64,000 nucleotides of DNA from Craspedostauros australis (lineage: Eukaryota), in NCBI GenBank assembly GCA_030167865.1, contig JALAGF010003692.1, positions 1 through 64,000 on the forward strand, given 5' to 3'. The position numbers and the translations under genes are program-made. This document shows positions 35,139 through 48,341 of this stretch, piece after piece; within the stretch, counting starts at the first letter, position 1; the number at the start of each line of letters is the position of its first letter. Under the pieces are notes generated by a model. It did not search any database, was not told the DNA's origin, and saw only the letters and a list, made by a program, of their open reading frames with translations.

Positions 35139-36957
35139 TTAGACGACACCGCCGCCGTAGCCGCGGTCGAATGCATAGCGGTCTGGGTAGTCGCGGGAGC
35201 TTACATGCCGTCTCTTGATGAGGCTTGGGCCCTCTTTCTTCAGGTCCGCCACTGTTGGTGTTCCGAGCAGACCCATGGCTCTGTCGAGCTCCACCTTCAG
35301 GATGTCGTATGCCTTGCAGACACCGTCCTCTCCACCGGCGGCGAGTCCCCACAGGTATGGCTTTCCAACACCGACGGAGTCGGCTCCAAGGGCAAGAGCC
35401 TTGGCAATATCAGTCCCACGCTGCACACCACCGTCCATGATGATCTCGACATCAGGACCGACGGCTTCACGGATCGACGGGAGGACGTCGATGGTTGCTG
35501 GAGAAGTCTCCAGCTGACGAGCACCGTGGTTGGAGACCCAGACGGAAGAGAAACCAATCTCGATGGCCTTTTTGGCATCCTCTGGTCGCACCACGCCCTT
35601 TGGTGCTGCTGGGCCGTTCCACTCACCGAGCAACCACTCGGCATCGGACCAGTTGAATTCGGGGGCGATCTGGCTGTTCACGAATGCAGCCAGGGAGTCG
35701 GCGGGGACGTCCGTGTTGATGCAGGCGTAGGTGTACGGTTCGTGGGAGAGGAAGTCGTACGTCCAGGCGGGCTTGGAAATGGCCTCCAGCGTCTGTTTGA
35801 TGTTGTACTTTGGTGGGATGGAGAAGTCGTTGCGGATGTCGCGCTCTCGGTTTCCGTACCAGGTGAAGTCGACGGTGAGGGCCAAGGCGCCGAAGCCGCC
35901 CTCCTTGGCCTTCGCGATGACCTCCTTGACGAGCTCTCTGTCCTTCCACACGTACAGCTGGAAGACCTTTGGCCCGCTGTGAATCTCACCAATCTCGGTA
36001 ATTCCAGTTGTGGCAAGCGAAGACAGGCCGTACAGGGTGCCGAATTTCTCAGACGCCTTGGCGGCGGCAGTCTCGCCCTCCCAGTGGAACATGCGGTTTC
36101 CGGCTGTTGGGCAGCCGAAGAATGGAAGATCGACGTCCATGCCGAAGATCTTGGTGGACAAGTCGAGCGGAGGCTTGATGCCGGAGAGGACCTTGTAGTG
36201 CATCTCAAGCTCGGAATACGCATCCTTACCTCTTCGAAGACTGATTTCATCATCGGATCCGGCATCGAGGTAATCGAAAACCATCTGTTGGGAATGGGGT
36301 ACACATGGCACAAATGTTGCGTGTTGCGTGGTGCCATGTTGATTGTTACAGCATGACGAAACAGGACGTCACATACGGTGGTGTAACATAGATCCGATGA
36401 ACAATGAGAGGGATGCAGAGTTAGCAGACGTAATTGTATCAAAAGGGCACAACATCATGGGGTCAACAGCCCCACGATATTTGTGAAGCTGCGAGACGCA
36501 TGTGATGCACGCTGTGCATCAACATCTGAGCTCCGTCTCTCCATCCATCAAAAGGGGGGAATGGTAAAGAGATCGATCCGACATGATGCCATCATGCTGT
36601 CGGATCCAACATAGAGCTTTGATTGCAAGGTGATCGGCGCATTGTGTGGCAGGCGACGCGTCTCACGCGAGTCGCCCATCACAGCACTTGCATTCAGCGT
36701 CTTTTACCCATCAGTCCGGCCCGTTCAAGCAGGCATCGGATTTCATCCGTCGTCGTCATTGTCGTCGCCGTCATCATCTTCAATTTCGTCGCAATTTGGG
36801 AACTGACCTTGTGCGCTCTGGACTTCGCGACCAAGCGGAGATCAGCAATGTTGACAGCCTTTTTCACGGCCCTCTTGTAAGGGGCATCGAAGACGGCTCC
36901 CAGAGGGATGTGCTGCAGCACCTTGTGCACGCCGAGCTTGTGTGGGTTGAACAACAT
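35139..36957 (-). CDS. FMN-dependent alpha-hydroxy-acid dehydrogenase, copy C, 2 exons, ~431 aa
   Basis: Exons 36957-36808 and 36284-35139, intron GTCAGT...AACAG at the same position as in A and B. Motifs DYLDAG, FQLY, GNRERD, PKGV, SNHGARQ, DGGVQRGTD. Confidence 0.94.
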
Positions 36958-38085
36958 GGTTGCTTGTGTGATGTCGTCTACGAGTACTGGAGTCGGAAGA
37001 GGACTTGGTTTAGCTTTCCTGGATCGAGCAAACAAGAGCTGTGATGTGGAGCCGTTTGGACGATGATGAACAAGGGCGGCAGTATGGTCTGATGCTGCTC
37101 TCTGGTGATGTTCTGGCTTGATGAAGATGAATCAAGTGACGAGGTGGATGTTGACTGTATCCTTTGTGATCACACGAAGTCCAAGAAAGAGAGAGAGAGA
37201 GGCTGTGCGTGTGGCTTCAGTGCGAACGTGACAGCGCAATACTACTTCACTTTGCATTGTCGTACATTCGTGCGGATACGGTTGTCACAAGATGATGGGC
37301 GGTGATGACGATTTTGATGACGATGACGATGGCGAAAAATCCGCCGCCTTTTGTTGATGGGAAGAAAGCCGCAAATCCAACAACAAAAAGCGCTGAACAT
37401 CAACAACGTCATCATTGCCGTCAACGTGACGTGGGTCTGATGGAATCTCAACATAGATATGACCGCTTGTTGAACACACAAATTGTATGGTCGAGAACAG
37501 GAATCCGTCCCGCAAGATTCCAAAATGACACATTCCTCTTCAAACCGTGTGATGATGTCATTGGATGGATTTGGGGTGTTGCAAAGCGTGATTCGAATGT
37601 GACATGACTGAATAGCTGATGTCATGTGGGCCTTTTCCTGTCGATGTGCGCAACGATCCATTCGAACCAAGGCCACATTGGTCACGAACAGCGAACAATC
37701 AACCGGGACTCGTATCATCTCCCGCCAAAACGGGTTTGTGCACAACAACAACAGAAAACCCGAAACGCAAGCGTCAACAACAGAGATCATGGGTGGAAGG
37801 AAGCTGCGAGGACGCAGGATCCGCGATGACATTGGGATCTCGTTGCTGTGTCCATACTGATCACATGCACGAGTACTCGTGCAGCAGGAACCATGGCAAC
37901 GGTGCGACAAGACAAAAGGAACAAAGAAGCAATCAGCGTCATCGAAGACGATACGGTGTGAATACAGTGCTCCGCATTTGTCTTCCGCAGGTTCAAACCT
38001 GCATCCGCAGATAATCCACGCATCCGTCAGTTGTTTGGTTGAAGCAAAACCTGCGTCCGACGCCAACGCCAAAGCTACCATCGCC

Positions 38086-41000
38086 ATGAATCCTCAGTAC
38101 AATTCAGGAGCTGCTGCGAAATCGTCGTCGTCCTCGTCATCCTCCGTCCAACGGCGGGGTTCAGGACCGAACGCAAGACTGGGAGGAGGAGACTCCGTCA
38201 AGAGGACACCCAGCATCGATGACATGTTGGAAGTTTCTCCTGTCAACACAATGACGGACGATGATGCGAGCCCAAGGGTATCCTTCGATCATGATGACCA
38301 GGACGTCAGCGATTCCACCGAAACCAGGGGCGATCCGCCAGTTGCTGTACACGGCAACACAATCAGCAGTAGCAACAGCAGCAGCAGCAGCAGCAGCAAC
38401 AACAACAGCATCCAATCCGGCAAGATGATGATGGGGAGACAGCATGCCAAATCAAGGAAGACCACTCCGCCCCTGCCTCCATCATCTGCATCGTCGGTGT
38501 CATCCTCTACATCATCAGTGGCCTCCTCTGCGCACATGCAAAATCAGATGTCAGCCAGGAATTCAGGCATGTCAGAGTTTGATAAGGCGCTGAGTCGAGG
38601 AGTTGGAAAGCCCAGCACGGGCTACGCCAAATCCTTCCTCCCCAAGCAGAATCAGTCTCAGAACCATATCCAGGGTCAGACTCACACCCACACCGCCAAG
38701 CTGCACATGAAGGGACAGGCACAATCGCAGCCGCATACATTGGCGGTGGCAGCGAAATCGGCAAAGGGAACCCCAGCGCATCAGCAACGAAGCAAGTACC
38801 CGCACCGTCAGCACGGCGTGCCTGTCAGTCCGCATGGAAAACGCAACACGCCAACCAGCCATCGGGCAGCTGTTGCCATGGGCAAGCTGAACAAACCCGC
38901 AACCAACAGGACTGGTCTGGGAGGCGCTAGTGCAAACGTTGGCATGGGAATGAGCCAGGAAACGCAACCAGCACCACCGAGTGCAAGCTCACGTGCGTCT
39001 GCGAATGTGAATGTGAATGCGAATGCGAATGTGAATATGAATGTAAAGACCAATGATGTAGGCGGCACCGATCGCAGGATGAAATCTGGAAGCACGAATA
39101 TTCACGAATCGTCAATCGCAGCGAATATCGACTCAGCGTCGACACGCAGTATGGCCACCGACTCGAATATGAATAGCAGCAGCAACAACAACAACAACAA
39201 CGCGTCAATGTCGAGATCGAGGTCTGCACCAACCATGTCCCAGGCACCACCACCGCCTCCTCCTCCCCCGCCGCCGCTTCCACCATCGCAGCAGCCGCAG
39301 CAGCGGCGCCAACAATCGCAACAGGAACAACATTCCACGTATGCCACCAACTCTCAAGCACAGTCGCTAGCACAGTCGCAGTCGCACTCAAATTCGCAGG
39401 TATACCCTCAGGCACATTCGCAAAGCACCATGGACCCGGAAGAGCTTGCCAGTGGCGTCCTTCCAGATGTCCTCATGTCCATGAGGCAAACCATCGAGTC
39501 CCTCACGCTCTTCGACAGCGATATGATGAGGCTTGCCGATACTTCCGAGGACCCAATCCAGCGCGAGACCAGAGAATCGCTCAAGCGATCCAGCCAGCAA
39601 TCCATCTCTGCCGCCGTCCTCGTCAGTCTCGCGCACAAACGGCACGAACGAAGACGGCTGGCCGCGAATGAAATCAGGGACATGGTGCGCAGCCTCATCG
39701 AGCAGGACAAGCTGGAGCGCGTGCGTGCCATCTTGCTCTTGCTCAGCGACGACTATGTCCGATCCACGAGCCCCGAGGCCAGGAAAGGTGGCCTCGTCGC
39801 GCTGTCCATCTCGGCCAAGAGTTTCAAGAAGGCGCGGCACAGCGATGCCATCGTGCAGGAATGCAAAGACCTCATCCTCGCAGCCATGGTGCATGGCTGT
39901 CAAGACCACGAACAGCGGGTGCGGTACTACGCCACCGAATCGCTTTTCAACGTCATCGCCTGCATGCCAACCCTGGCCGAGCAGCATTTCTTCATCTTGT
40001 TCGAGATCCTCCGATCGCTCTTTGCCGACGTCGACATCGAGGTTCAAGGTGCGGCAGCGTTGGTGGACAAAAAGCTCAAGGAGGTCATCGTGGGTGCCAT
40101 GAACAGCGGCTCATTCACGGCGGACACCTGCGTACCAGTTTTTGCCCGATTCGTATACATGCGCAACAAGGCCACGAAGCGATTGACGCTCACATGGCTG
40201 CAAGAGCTCAACGAAAAGCTCATCGGTACTCCGATCCTGCAGTTCCTGCACCTGTTCCTGGGTGGTATCTTTGACATGATCGCAGATCCCACGCTGGTCA
40301 TCCGCCAGTCGGCACTCGCCTTCCTGCAGAGCGTGCTGCCGAAGCTGTGCGTGGTGACCAGGGAAGAGGCTATCGACGATATGGAGTCATCAGGTGGGAC
40401 GACGGTGGATTTCGACAAAATCCTGCAGTCCTTGGTGACGACCATGGAGCACCCGGATCCTTTCGTGCGGAAGGTTGCGATGTATTGGATCTTTCGCATC
40501 GTCAAGGTGTACATGACTCCTCCGAAGTCGGCATCAGGGATCGAGGCAGGTCAAACGACCAATGGCAATACCGGTAGCAACAAAAACAAAAGCGGTAGCA
40601 ACAGCAACGGCGAGATTGAAGAATCAAGGGCGGGGAATGCGATGATGTCCGTCCGCAACTCACTGCCCCACGTCTTGCCAGGAGTGTTGTTGAGGTAAGA
40701 AACACCATGTTACTTTATCCTGCGCTGTGATTTGCATTCACACTACTGTATACTGTCCATATGTTGTGCTGTGTCATCTCACAAAACTCTCACGCATCCG
40801 TCAATCATTCACCCACTCATTCGAACCCAAACCAAACAACTCAACTTTAGCATCGGGGACATGTTCCACAACAAGGCCACGACCAAGGACTTCTTCCTCC
40901 CAGACCAAACTACTCACAATCTTGCATCGCAAACCAATGCATGCCTCCAGGAAGCCGTCAGGCGTGAAGGCCATGCGTACGTCCACCATCTCGATGGATT

Positions 41001-43582
41001 CATCGTAGCTCTGAGAGAGGAGCTGGATAGTCCAAGTGGTCTCAACGCGCGCAATCCTCCTGGCTCGCAGCGCAAGATGTACAGAATGGACGCCAACCAT
41101 GACGGCAGCGGCATTGAGCGCAAAGGCTTCTTTCCAACGGCCAAAGATGATGCCAATCACGACAGAACTGGCATTGCCAGTGGTGCGAAGAGCAATGGGT
41201 ATAGCGTAATCAACAGAAAAGGGAGCGCAGATAGCCAATCAACCAGCACAATAACCCCAAGGAATGCACGCTTGGCAAGAAATGCAAGAAACGCGGCCAA
41301 CGGCGAGGACGGTGGTGACGAGATTGGCAATGATGCAACTAGTTTGCAGATGAGGATCGTCAGACAGGGGGAGACACAGATGGGAGGAGATGTGGATGAG
41401 GAATCGATGATGGCATCACGCTTGTGTGCGCTGCACTGGGTGATCGTGCTGTACGAAAGCGTGGTTCCAGATGTGTTGAAGGCCGATGTAAGTACACGGC
41501 GTGTTTTTGCCATGCGCGTATTGGTACTCTGCTTGAATGTATGGTGCGATGACGTCTATGTTCGTGAGTATTATCATAGTGCTGCCGTGGCGTTGTTCTG
41601 GCATTTGGTTGTTGTTGGTGTTGGTCGTTTTTGGACACCACGAAGTTCACCCTGCCAAAGCCCAATGCTCACGATTGTTTTCTCACTCATTTCACACGAT
41701 TGGGGCTGACGATGGATGGTATGTGACGATGGATCATGCAACGATGGATATTTCGTTTTCATTGCTTGCCGAATGACAGTATGCACGAGAATTCATCGTT
41801 CCGATCATTCATCAAATGGTGGAGAACCCCCCAAACAGAATCATCGAAAAAAGCCTCCAAGTGCTTGCGAGAATCACTGTCCCCGAGCCTAACGAGGCGC
41901 AGTATGCTCCCGAGTCCAATTCAGCATCTCGTGGTGGACCGTCGCCGTTCCCAGATCCATCGCTGGATCCGCGTGGACATGAACATGGGCAGCCGCACGA
42001 CTCGCTGTCCCCGCTGGCAGGCCCCAACACCGCGTTTGCGTTGGACGTGATGGGTCCTTCGCGGAGCCGACTCAAGTCGAGGGATCGGGCTGTGTTTGCT
42101 GCCATCATCCGGCTGCATTCGTCCAACCCGCACCTATTGTGCGACTTATCTCGCGTGCTGACCTGCATGTGCCGACTGCAGCCACCAGAGTTTGTGTTCG
42201 TGTCGTTTGCCATCGAACTCGAGCAGTATATCAGAGACTATTGCAAGGTCACTGATGTTGTCGATAGCAGCCATGATGGTGCGGGTGCACGTGCTGGTGC
42301 AGGCATCGGTTCTGACGATGGAGACCAAAGGGCTGTATCCAGGACGAGACACGGAGGGACTAGAAGCAATGGTCATTCGCACGAAGATGATGAGAATGAC
42401 ACGACGGGTATGCCGATGACCAAGATGACGGTGGGATCGAGACAGCTGCAGTTCGTCAGCTCCTTCGTGCAGCAGATGTGCCACATTCTCCTCAACAGCA
42501 ACGAAGCGCAAGGACTTCGCAACATACTCAAGGATTGTGTTGGACGCAGGAACGAGAATGATAGGGATCGACGCAGGGTGCGCTTGTTCCACATCCTGCT
42601 GCATTCCTTCGCGCACAACCTGGTGTCAACCGTGCTGCTTTGCCTGTGGGCAGGGGCGTACAAGACGTCGTCGCTGGTGCTGCGTCACATCGATCCTTCG
42701 GACATCAACCTGATGTTCCTGCTGGAGATGGACAAGCTGGTGGAGATGATCGAGAGACCGGTGTTTCGCCATCTGCACGTTCGCATGCTAGAAAGTGATA
42801 GGCAGCCGACATCGGAAGGGAGCGGCACCATGCTGTTCCTGACGTTGAAGTCGCTCTTGATGATCCTCCCACAGAGCGCGTGCTTCCACATCCTGAAGGA
42901 TCGCCTGGTGAGCGCATCTCGCTTCCGCCAATCCGTTTTGTGCACCCCGAGAATCATGATCGGGGGCGGAGCTCTGGGTAAGGCCGCGGGAATGGGCGAG
43001 AATACGAGTGCGACCGCAGGTGAGGGCAAGCACGAAGACGATGCCAAGGATGGAACTGCGATCAACACCAACCACGGTGAAGATGAAGAGAAACGCAGCA
43101 ATGGTGGCAACCGTGGAAACGGCGGCAACGATGGTATGAGTCAAGCCGAGAGAGAAACACATGCATTCGTTTCAAGAGTACAGGAGGTGAGGATGATGCA
43201 CTACGAAGCAACTTGGCAGACCATTCGAGCGGGCAGTCTTGAAGTCCAGCTGCAAGAAGCAAAGACAGATCCCCCCAACGACGTCGATGGCGGCGATGGT
43301 GGCAACGGCCGGTTTGACGACATCGACAACGCCTTGGAGCTGGATCTTGATGATGACGGCGACCACAACGATGTCGACGACGACGACGACAGCAACCTCG
43401 GTGGCATCAACATTGACCTTGACGATGCGATCAACGTCGATGTTGACCTGGATGACGGTCTCGATGCAACAGCTCAAAGTGCTATCCCGACTGGACGAAT
43501 CAACGACCCCGTGGGAGTTGTTCAACCAGCAGTCGACGACAAAAGCTGGAAGCAGTTCTGGACAGATTCGAACGCTGCGTAG
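38086..43582 (+). CDS. VAC14: VAC14 homolog (HEAT-repeat scaffold of the PIKfyve/FAB1-FIG4 complex) with long low-complexity extensions, 3 exons, ~1682 aa
   Basis: Exons 38086-40694, 40851-41487, 41780-43582, all GT-AG and in frame. Motifs ERRRLAANEI, ARKGGLVAL, RVRYYATESLFNV, FADVDIEVQGAAALVDKKLKE, and the C-terminal EMDKLVEMIERPVFRHL and LKSLLMILPQSACFHILKDRL. Confidence 0.9.
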
Positions 43583-43906
43583 TTTTGTGGTGTGCGGTGC
43601 TCGGAGCCGAGCTGCCGGTGGGCGACACAACCGATTTGGGTGCTGGGATCGTGTGAGGTAATCGTGCCTCGTTATTATGGTGGGCTGAGCGTGACTTGTC
43701 TGGGTGACCATGGCGCTTCGTTGAAGTCATAATTATCGGATGTTATAATTTGACGCGTCTCCCAGTTGATGTGTTGTTTCCACGATGGCAGCGTCGTTCC
43801 GCCACGATCATTCACAGGGTTGATCATTCCTATTTGGACGCTGACGCCCAGAGTGCCAACACGAATACCATTGCCAATACAAGAGCACACACACAAAGAC
43901 ATTGTT

Positions 43907-44602
43907 ATGCGCACCATGTTCAACCGAAGCCACGGCATCATCTTCCGACTTTGCATCATCGCTGCGGCCTTGACGTTGCACCACACCACGTGCAATGATG
44001 GCCCCTCCATCTTTGTGTCCGCGTGCACCGTCTGCAGCATGGCATCAGCCACCCGCATTCCCTTCCTCAAATCCAAATTCGACAAGCTGCACTCGCCGGA
44101 GTTGGTTGCGTTCCTGCAGAATTCCGGTGTTCGTGCCAGCGCGCTGTCGTGGCAGACAGTTGGACACAAGTGGAGACAGCAAGCGCTGCATCGTCCGGTT
44201 GTCATGGCGGGTGTGGTCGCGGCTGTGGGTATCATCGGACGCCGGTGGATGGTCACTGACAGTGCGGCAGACGCGGAGGAGGACAGCGATTCAGAACCTG
44301 GCCACAATTCCAAAGACAAAGTCAAAGACAAGGCAGGCAGCGAGGACGACAAGAAACCACTCTCCAGCGCCATGGTGGCCACCATCGGGGTGTACAAGAA
44401 TTTCATCAGCCCCTTGCTGCCACCGGCATGCCGGTTCGTTCCCACCTGCAGTCAGTACGGTGTGCAGGCCATCAAGGAGTTCGGGCCCACAAAGGGGTGC
44501 GTCTTGATCGCCTGGAGGTTGCTGCGGTGTTCGCCGGTGGGTGGGAAGGGATACGATCCTCCCAAGTGGCCGCCTGTGCCCTACACCTACAGCAGCTACT
44601 GA
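43907..44602 (+). CDS. yidD: YidD-like membrane protein insertion efficiency factor with N-terminal extension, ~231 aa
   Basis: C-terminal IGVYKNFISPLLPPACRFVPTCSQYGVQAIKEFG...WRLLRCSPVGGKGYDPP is the three-Cys YidD signature. The start codon is uncertain. Confidence 0.85.
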   Translation: MRTMFNRSHGIIFRLCIIAAALTLHHTTCNDGPSIFVSACTVCSMASATRIPFLKSKFDKLHSPELVAFLQNSGVRASALSWQTVGHKWRQQALHRPVVMAGVVAAVGIIGRRWMVTDSAADAEEDSDSEPGHNSKDKVKDKAGSEDDKKPLSSAMVATIGVYKNFISPLLPPACRFVPTCSQYGVQAIKEFGPTKGCVLIAWRLLRCSPVGGKGYDPPKWPPVPYTYSSY

Positions 44603-45285
44603 TGGAGACGGAATGAATAACAAGTCTCTGTGAGAGATGGGCAGTGTGCGCGTTCATACCCTAGAGAGAGAGAGATGTTGTTGTTGTTGTTGTTCAACTG
44701 GATAGATACGGACGAGTATGTAGGACAATGTTTACAATTATTTAGAGTAGCGTTGTTGGTTTTGTGAGTTTGTTGGCTTGTTTGTGGAATGGGATGGAAT
44801 GAATTGTGCTTGGGTGCGGATACTTGAGCATTGCGCAAATAGAATATGTTTCATCGGTAGGTCACCTCTGTACTCGTTTCGCAAAATGAACTCCTGTTGA
44901 TAATGGATGAGTCGAAGGATGAATGGCTGGAATGGGACCAGTGGCTTGTAGCTTTATGTGTGTGTGCGTCCGATTGCTATCACCGTGGCATCGGGAGGTG
45001 ATCTGTCTTGACACGGGAAAGCGCAGCGTGCATGAACTCGCACTCTCTTTCCGCGATCGTCGTTGCGTTGAGCGCTTGCCATTCTGTCCACCCGTTCATT
45101 TTGGATATCACGGATTGCGCATCGAGTGGCCGCATCAATGGAACTGCTACTGCCGTTGCCAAGTGGTGTGATACCAGACAAGATGCAATCCAGCCAATCC
45201 AAACAATCAATCTCTCAACCATTCATCATTTCATTCGTCCAGCCACCAGCAAATCCCGAATCAATCGATGACACGTGCGCACGCA

Positions 45286-47127
45286 CTATCTCTTGGAGTA
45301 ATACCGTTCATCAAAATTCTCCATCTGCATGGGCATGTTCATCAGACCTTCCAGTCCTTCTAGCGGAGTTTGCTTTCCTTCCAGTATCCTGGCAATGCCA
45401 AACAGGATGGGGTACTTGAGGTCCATGCGGTATCCGTTGCATTCGGTCTTGATGAGGTCGACGACAGCCAGGGCCGTATCGACGCCTTCTGCCACCTCCG
45501 TGGTCGATGCGCGGATCTCCTCCATCGTTTCGCCTTTGCCGAGCCGGTAGCCGAATTTGCGATTGCGCGACAGTGGGCCGAAGCATGTGCCGAAGGTGTC
45601 TCCGACGCCTGTTTGATTGCGAGTGGTGTCATATGTATTGTGGTTGGGAATTGCGATGTTGCATTGTTCATTCATGACGTTGGCAGTTGGATGCGATGAT
45701 GGCTGTTTGGTGAGTCGATATTGAATTGATTGGATGCAACGCACGGCATCACGATGCATCACTACACACAGTTTCAGTGTCACTGTCATTGTCACTCCAG
45801 AATATTAGAAGCATCACGTTCACGTTCGCAAACACGTTCGCAAACACGCCCGCAAACACACACATACGCATGAGGACCCACCTGACAGACCAGCGATGGT
45901 ACTGGGACGCGCACCGAACGTCAATCCCAACCGCCGCATCTCGTTGCATCCCCGCGTGACGAGCCCGCTCATGGCGTTGGTGCCGAGACCGAGACCTTCG
46001 CACATGCCGGCCCCCACCGCGATGACGTTCTTGACGGCCCCGCCAATCTCCACCCCGATGACGTCGGCGGACGTGAAGCACTTGAACTTGTCGTCCGACA
46101 GCAGCGCCGCCAGATCGCGCGCGAGGTCGAGATCTTCCGATGCGATGACGACGGCCGTGGCGACGCCCTCGACGATCTCCATGGCGAAGGAGGGACCCGA
46201 CAGGAAGGCCAAGGGGCGGTCCTCGCCGAGGCACTCGCGCAGGATGTCGGCCATGAATCCCAGGCTTGCCGTTTCGATGCCCTTGCTGACCGACAGGATG
46301 GGCGTGCCGGGCGGGACGTGGTCCTTGATGTCGTTGAGGAATCGTCGAGAGTACTGGCACGGCACAGCGTGGACGATGTAGGTGGCGTCGGGCAGGCATT
46401 CCTCCGGCTTCGTCGTGGCGCGGATGCGTTGGTGCAGCTCGATGCCGCTCATATACCGCGGGTGCGTGTGATTGGTGTTTATCTGTTTGGCAATGTCCTC
46501 CGATCGCACGAGGAGGGTGGTGGGATGTCCCTGTCGTGCGCAGACGGTGGCCATTGCGAGACCGAAGTTGCCGCCGCCCATGACCGCCACGCGGACCGGG
46601 TAGGGTGGCGGTGTGCTGGCCTTCATGTGGAGCGTTGTCGAAGAGATGCTGCGGCTGCTGCCGCTTCGGCGTTGCGAAAGTGCGGATGGGTCGTTTCCGA
46701 ACAATGGCGTCCGCACGAAGGCTTGGCCGTTGTTCCTGCTGATCGCATTCATAGTATTGGCATTGTTTTGGGTACGAGCAGCATTGCCATGAACACCAAT
46801 CCGTCTCTGATGATGTAGCGGTTTGATTGACAGCGCATCCACAACCATGCCGAATCTGAGGTCTGGGATCAAGGCTGATATGAAGGTGGCATCAATAGGC
46901 ATGGGAATAGGAATGGATGTGAATGATGTGATGGTGCTGACTGTCTCATGAGGTTGGCCTGCTGCGAGTGTACTCGGATTGAAAAAAGCATCGCCATTGC
47001 CAATATCACCGAGAGTGTAACCAGCACTGACACCACCTCCCAATTGCTGCTGCCCCGTCATTGCTGGGAAACATAGCTGGCAAACCAGCACTGTTGAGGC
47101 CGAGATCAGTCCTATCGTTCGCTTCAT
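45286..47127 (-). CDS. gpsA: NAD(P)H-dependent glycerol-3-phosphate dehydrogenase (bacterial GpsA type) with long N-terminal targeting region, 2 exons, ~522 aa
   Basis: Exons 47127-45882 and 45608-45286, join GLSG|VGDTFGTC. Motifs VAVMGGGNFG, SKGIE, LSGPSFA, GGAVKNVIAVGAG, SRNRKFG, VAEGV. Confidence 0.93.
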
Positions 47128-47998
47128 GATTGCTGTATTGATTTGTGATTGCCTTCTTTGGTGTGTCGATGTTATCGCGATTGCGATTGTTGCTGTTGTT
47201 GCAAGCAGAGTACGGATAGTTGTTGCTTGCACAGAGCTTTGCTTTGCGAGTACTTCAATGAAATCTCAATGAGTTGAAGTCACTCGTGTTGTTTACTTTG
47301 TGCGTTCTCTTGGCGTCAACTCAATTCAAGTGACACGAGGCGACGTGAAGTCCGGTGGCAAAACCGATCCGATCAAGAGTTGAAGCCAAACAATCAAGTG
47401 GTACTCTCTCTGCTCTCTTTGGAAAGTTTGTTGTGTTGGCTGGTGTCGTTCCAGAGTGTCTCTTTGCCTGCGTCTGTGCGAGCCTTGGAGTTGGATGAGA
47501 AGATGATGATGATCAATGCGTAATGCGAAAAGTCGAGCCCAAAGACCGGTTCACATGAGGCGCCGACAGAGAAGCTGCGGACTGGTGAAGTGCAAATGCT
47601 CGTCCAATTCCAACAGAGAGCACTGCCTGGGGGTTGATTGGCTTCTTTGTTGCGATTGTCCTGATCCTGTCTGATCGCAGATAGCTTCTTGTGGTGTGGG
47701 AGTGGTATTGTGGTGGTTTCCGCTCTCCTCTCTTCCTTCGTTTCCCTTGTTTCGTCCTCATCCCTCATCTCTTGTCTCGTGGTGATCATGACGTGACGAC
47801 TGGTGTCGCTGAATGGTTGGTGCAGAAGACGGGTTGTCAACCCTTCAAAAATCTCTTCGTCTTTGGTGTATCGTCAACTGACGTCATTGAATTGCTCGAA
47901 TGGGTCGCAGCCGAAATGAACAACATTTGTTTTCAGTCGAATTAGTCGCATGGGTCGTAACGACCAGTTCGAGTAAAACATCAAGTTTCCTGCATCCA

Positions 47999-48016
47999 TC
48001 GCGAAAAAGCGCGAAA
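47999..48016 (-). promoter_or_regulatory. Tandem E2F-like sites (TTTCGCGC and TTTCGCGA on the minus strand) upstream of the Whirly gene
   Basis: Sequence tcgcgaaaaagcgcgaaa lies ~330 nt before ATG 48342. It has one perfect and one near match to TTTSSCGC. Confidence 0.35.
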
Positions 48017-48341
48017 AACGATTCGCGTTCTCTCTGGTGAAGAGGAGACAGAAGGCATCACGTTTGGATACGATCCACTTCACACGCCACACGCGACGAG
48101 CACGACAGGGCGCGGCAAGAGGCAAGAAGACTACCTCCTCTTTGCATCCACAGGAGGCATCAGCATTGCTGGCAACACCACACAAGAGGACCACAGATAG
48201 AGCCCACCGTCGATCATCTCACAGCGCGGATACTATACACCCTCTATTGCATTGCATTGCATCGCATCGCATCGCATCAACAAGAAAGAAAGAAACAGAG
48301 TGCATCAGAGCCCGGGAACTTGTATTCGCAAACGAACGAAC

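Noticed and set aside
35133-36356. Long plus-strand ORFs antisense to the dehydrogenase copies (also 26803-27531 and 29156-30037)
   Set aside because: These are shadow ORFs produced by C/G-ending codon bias on the coding strand. They have no motifs, and their mutual similarity simply mirrors the paralogy.
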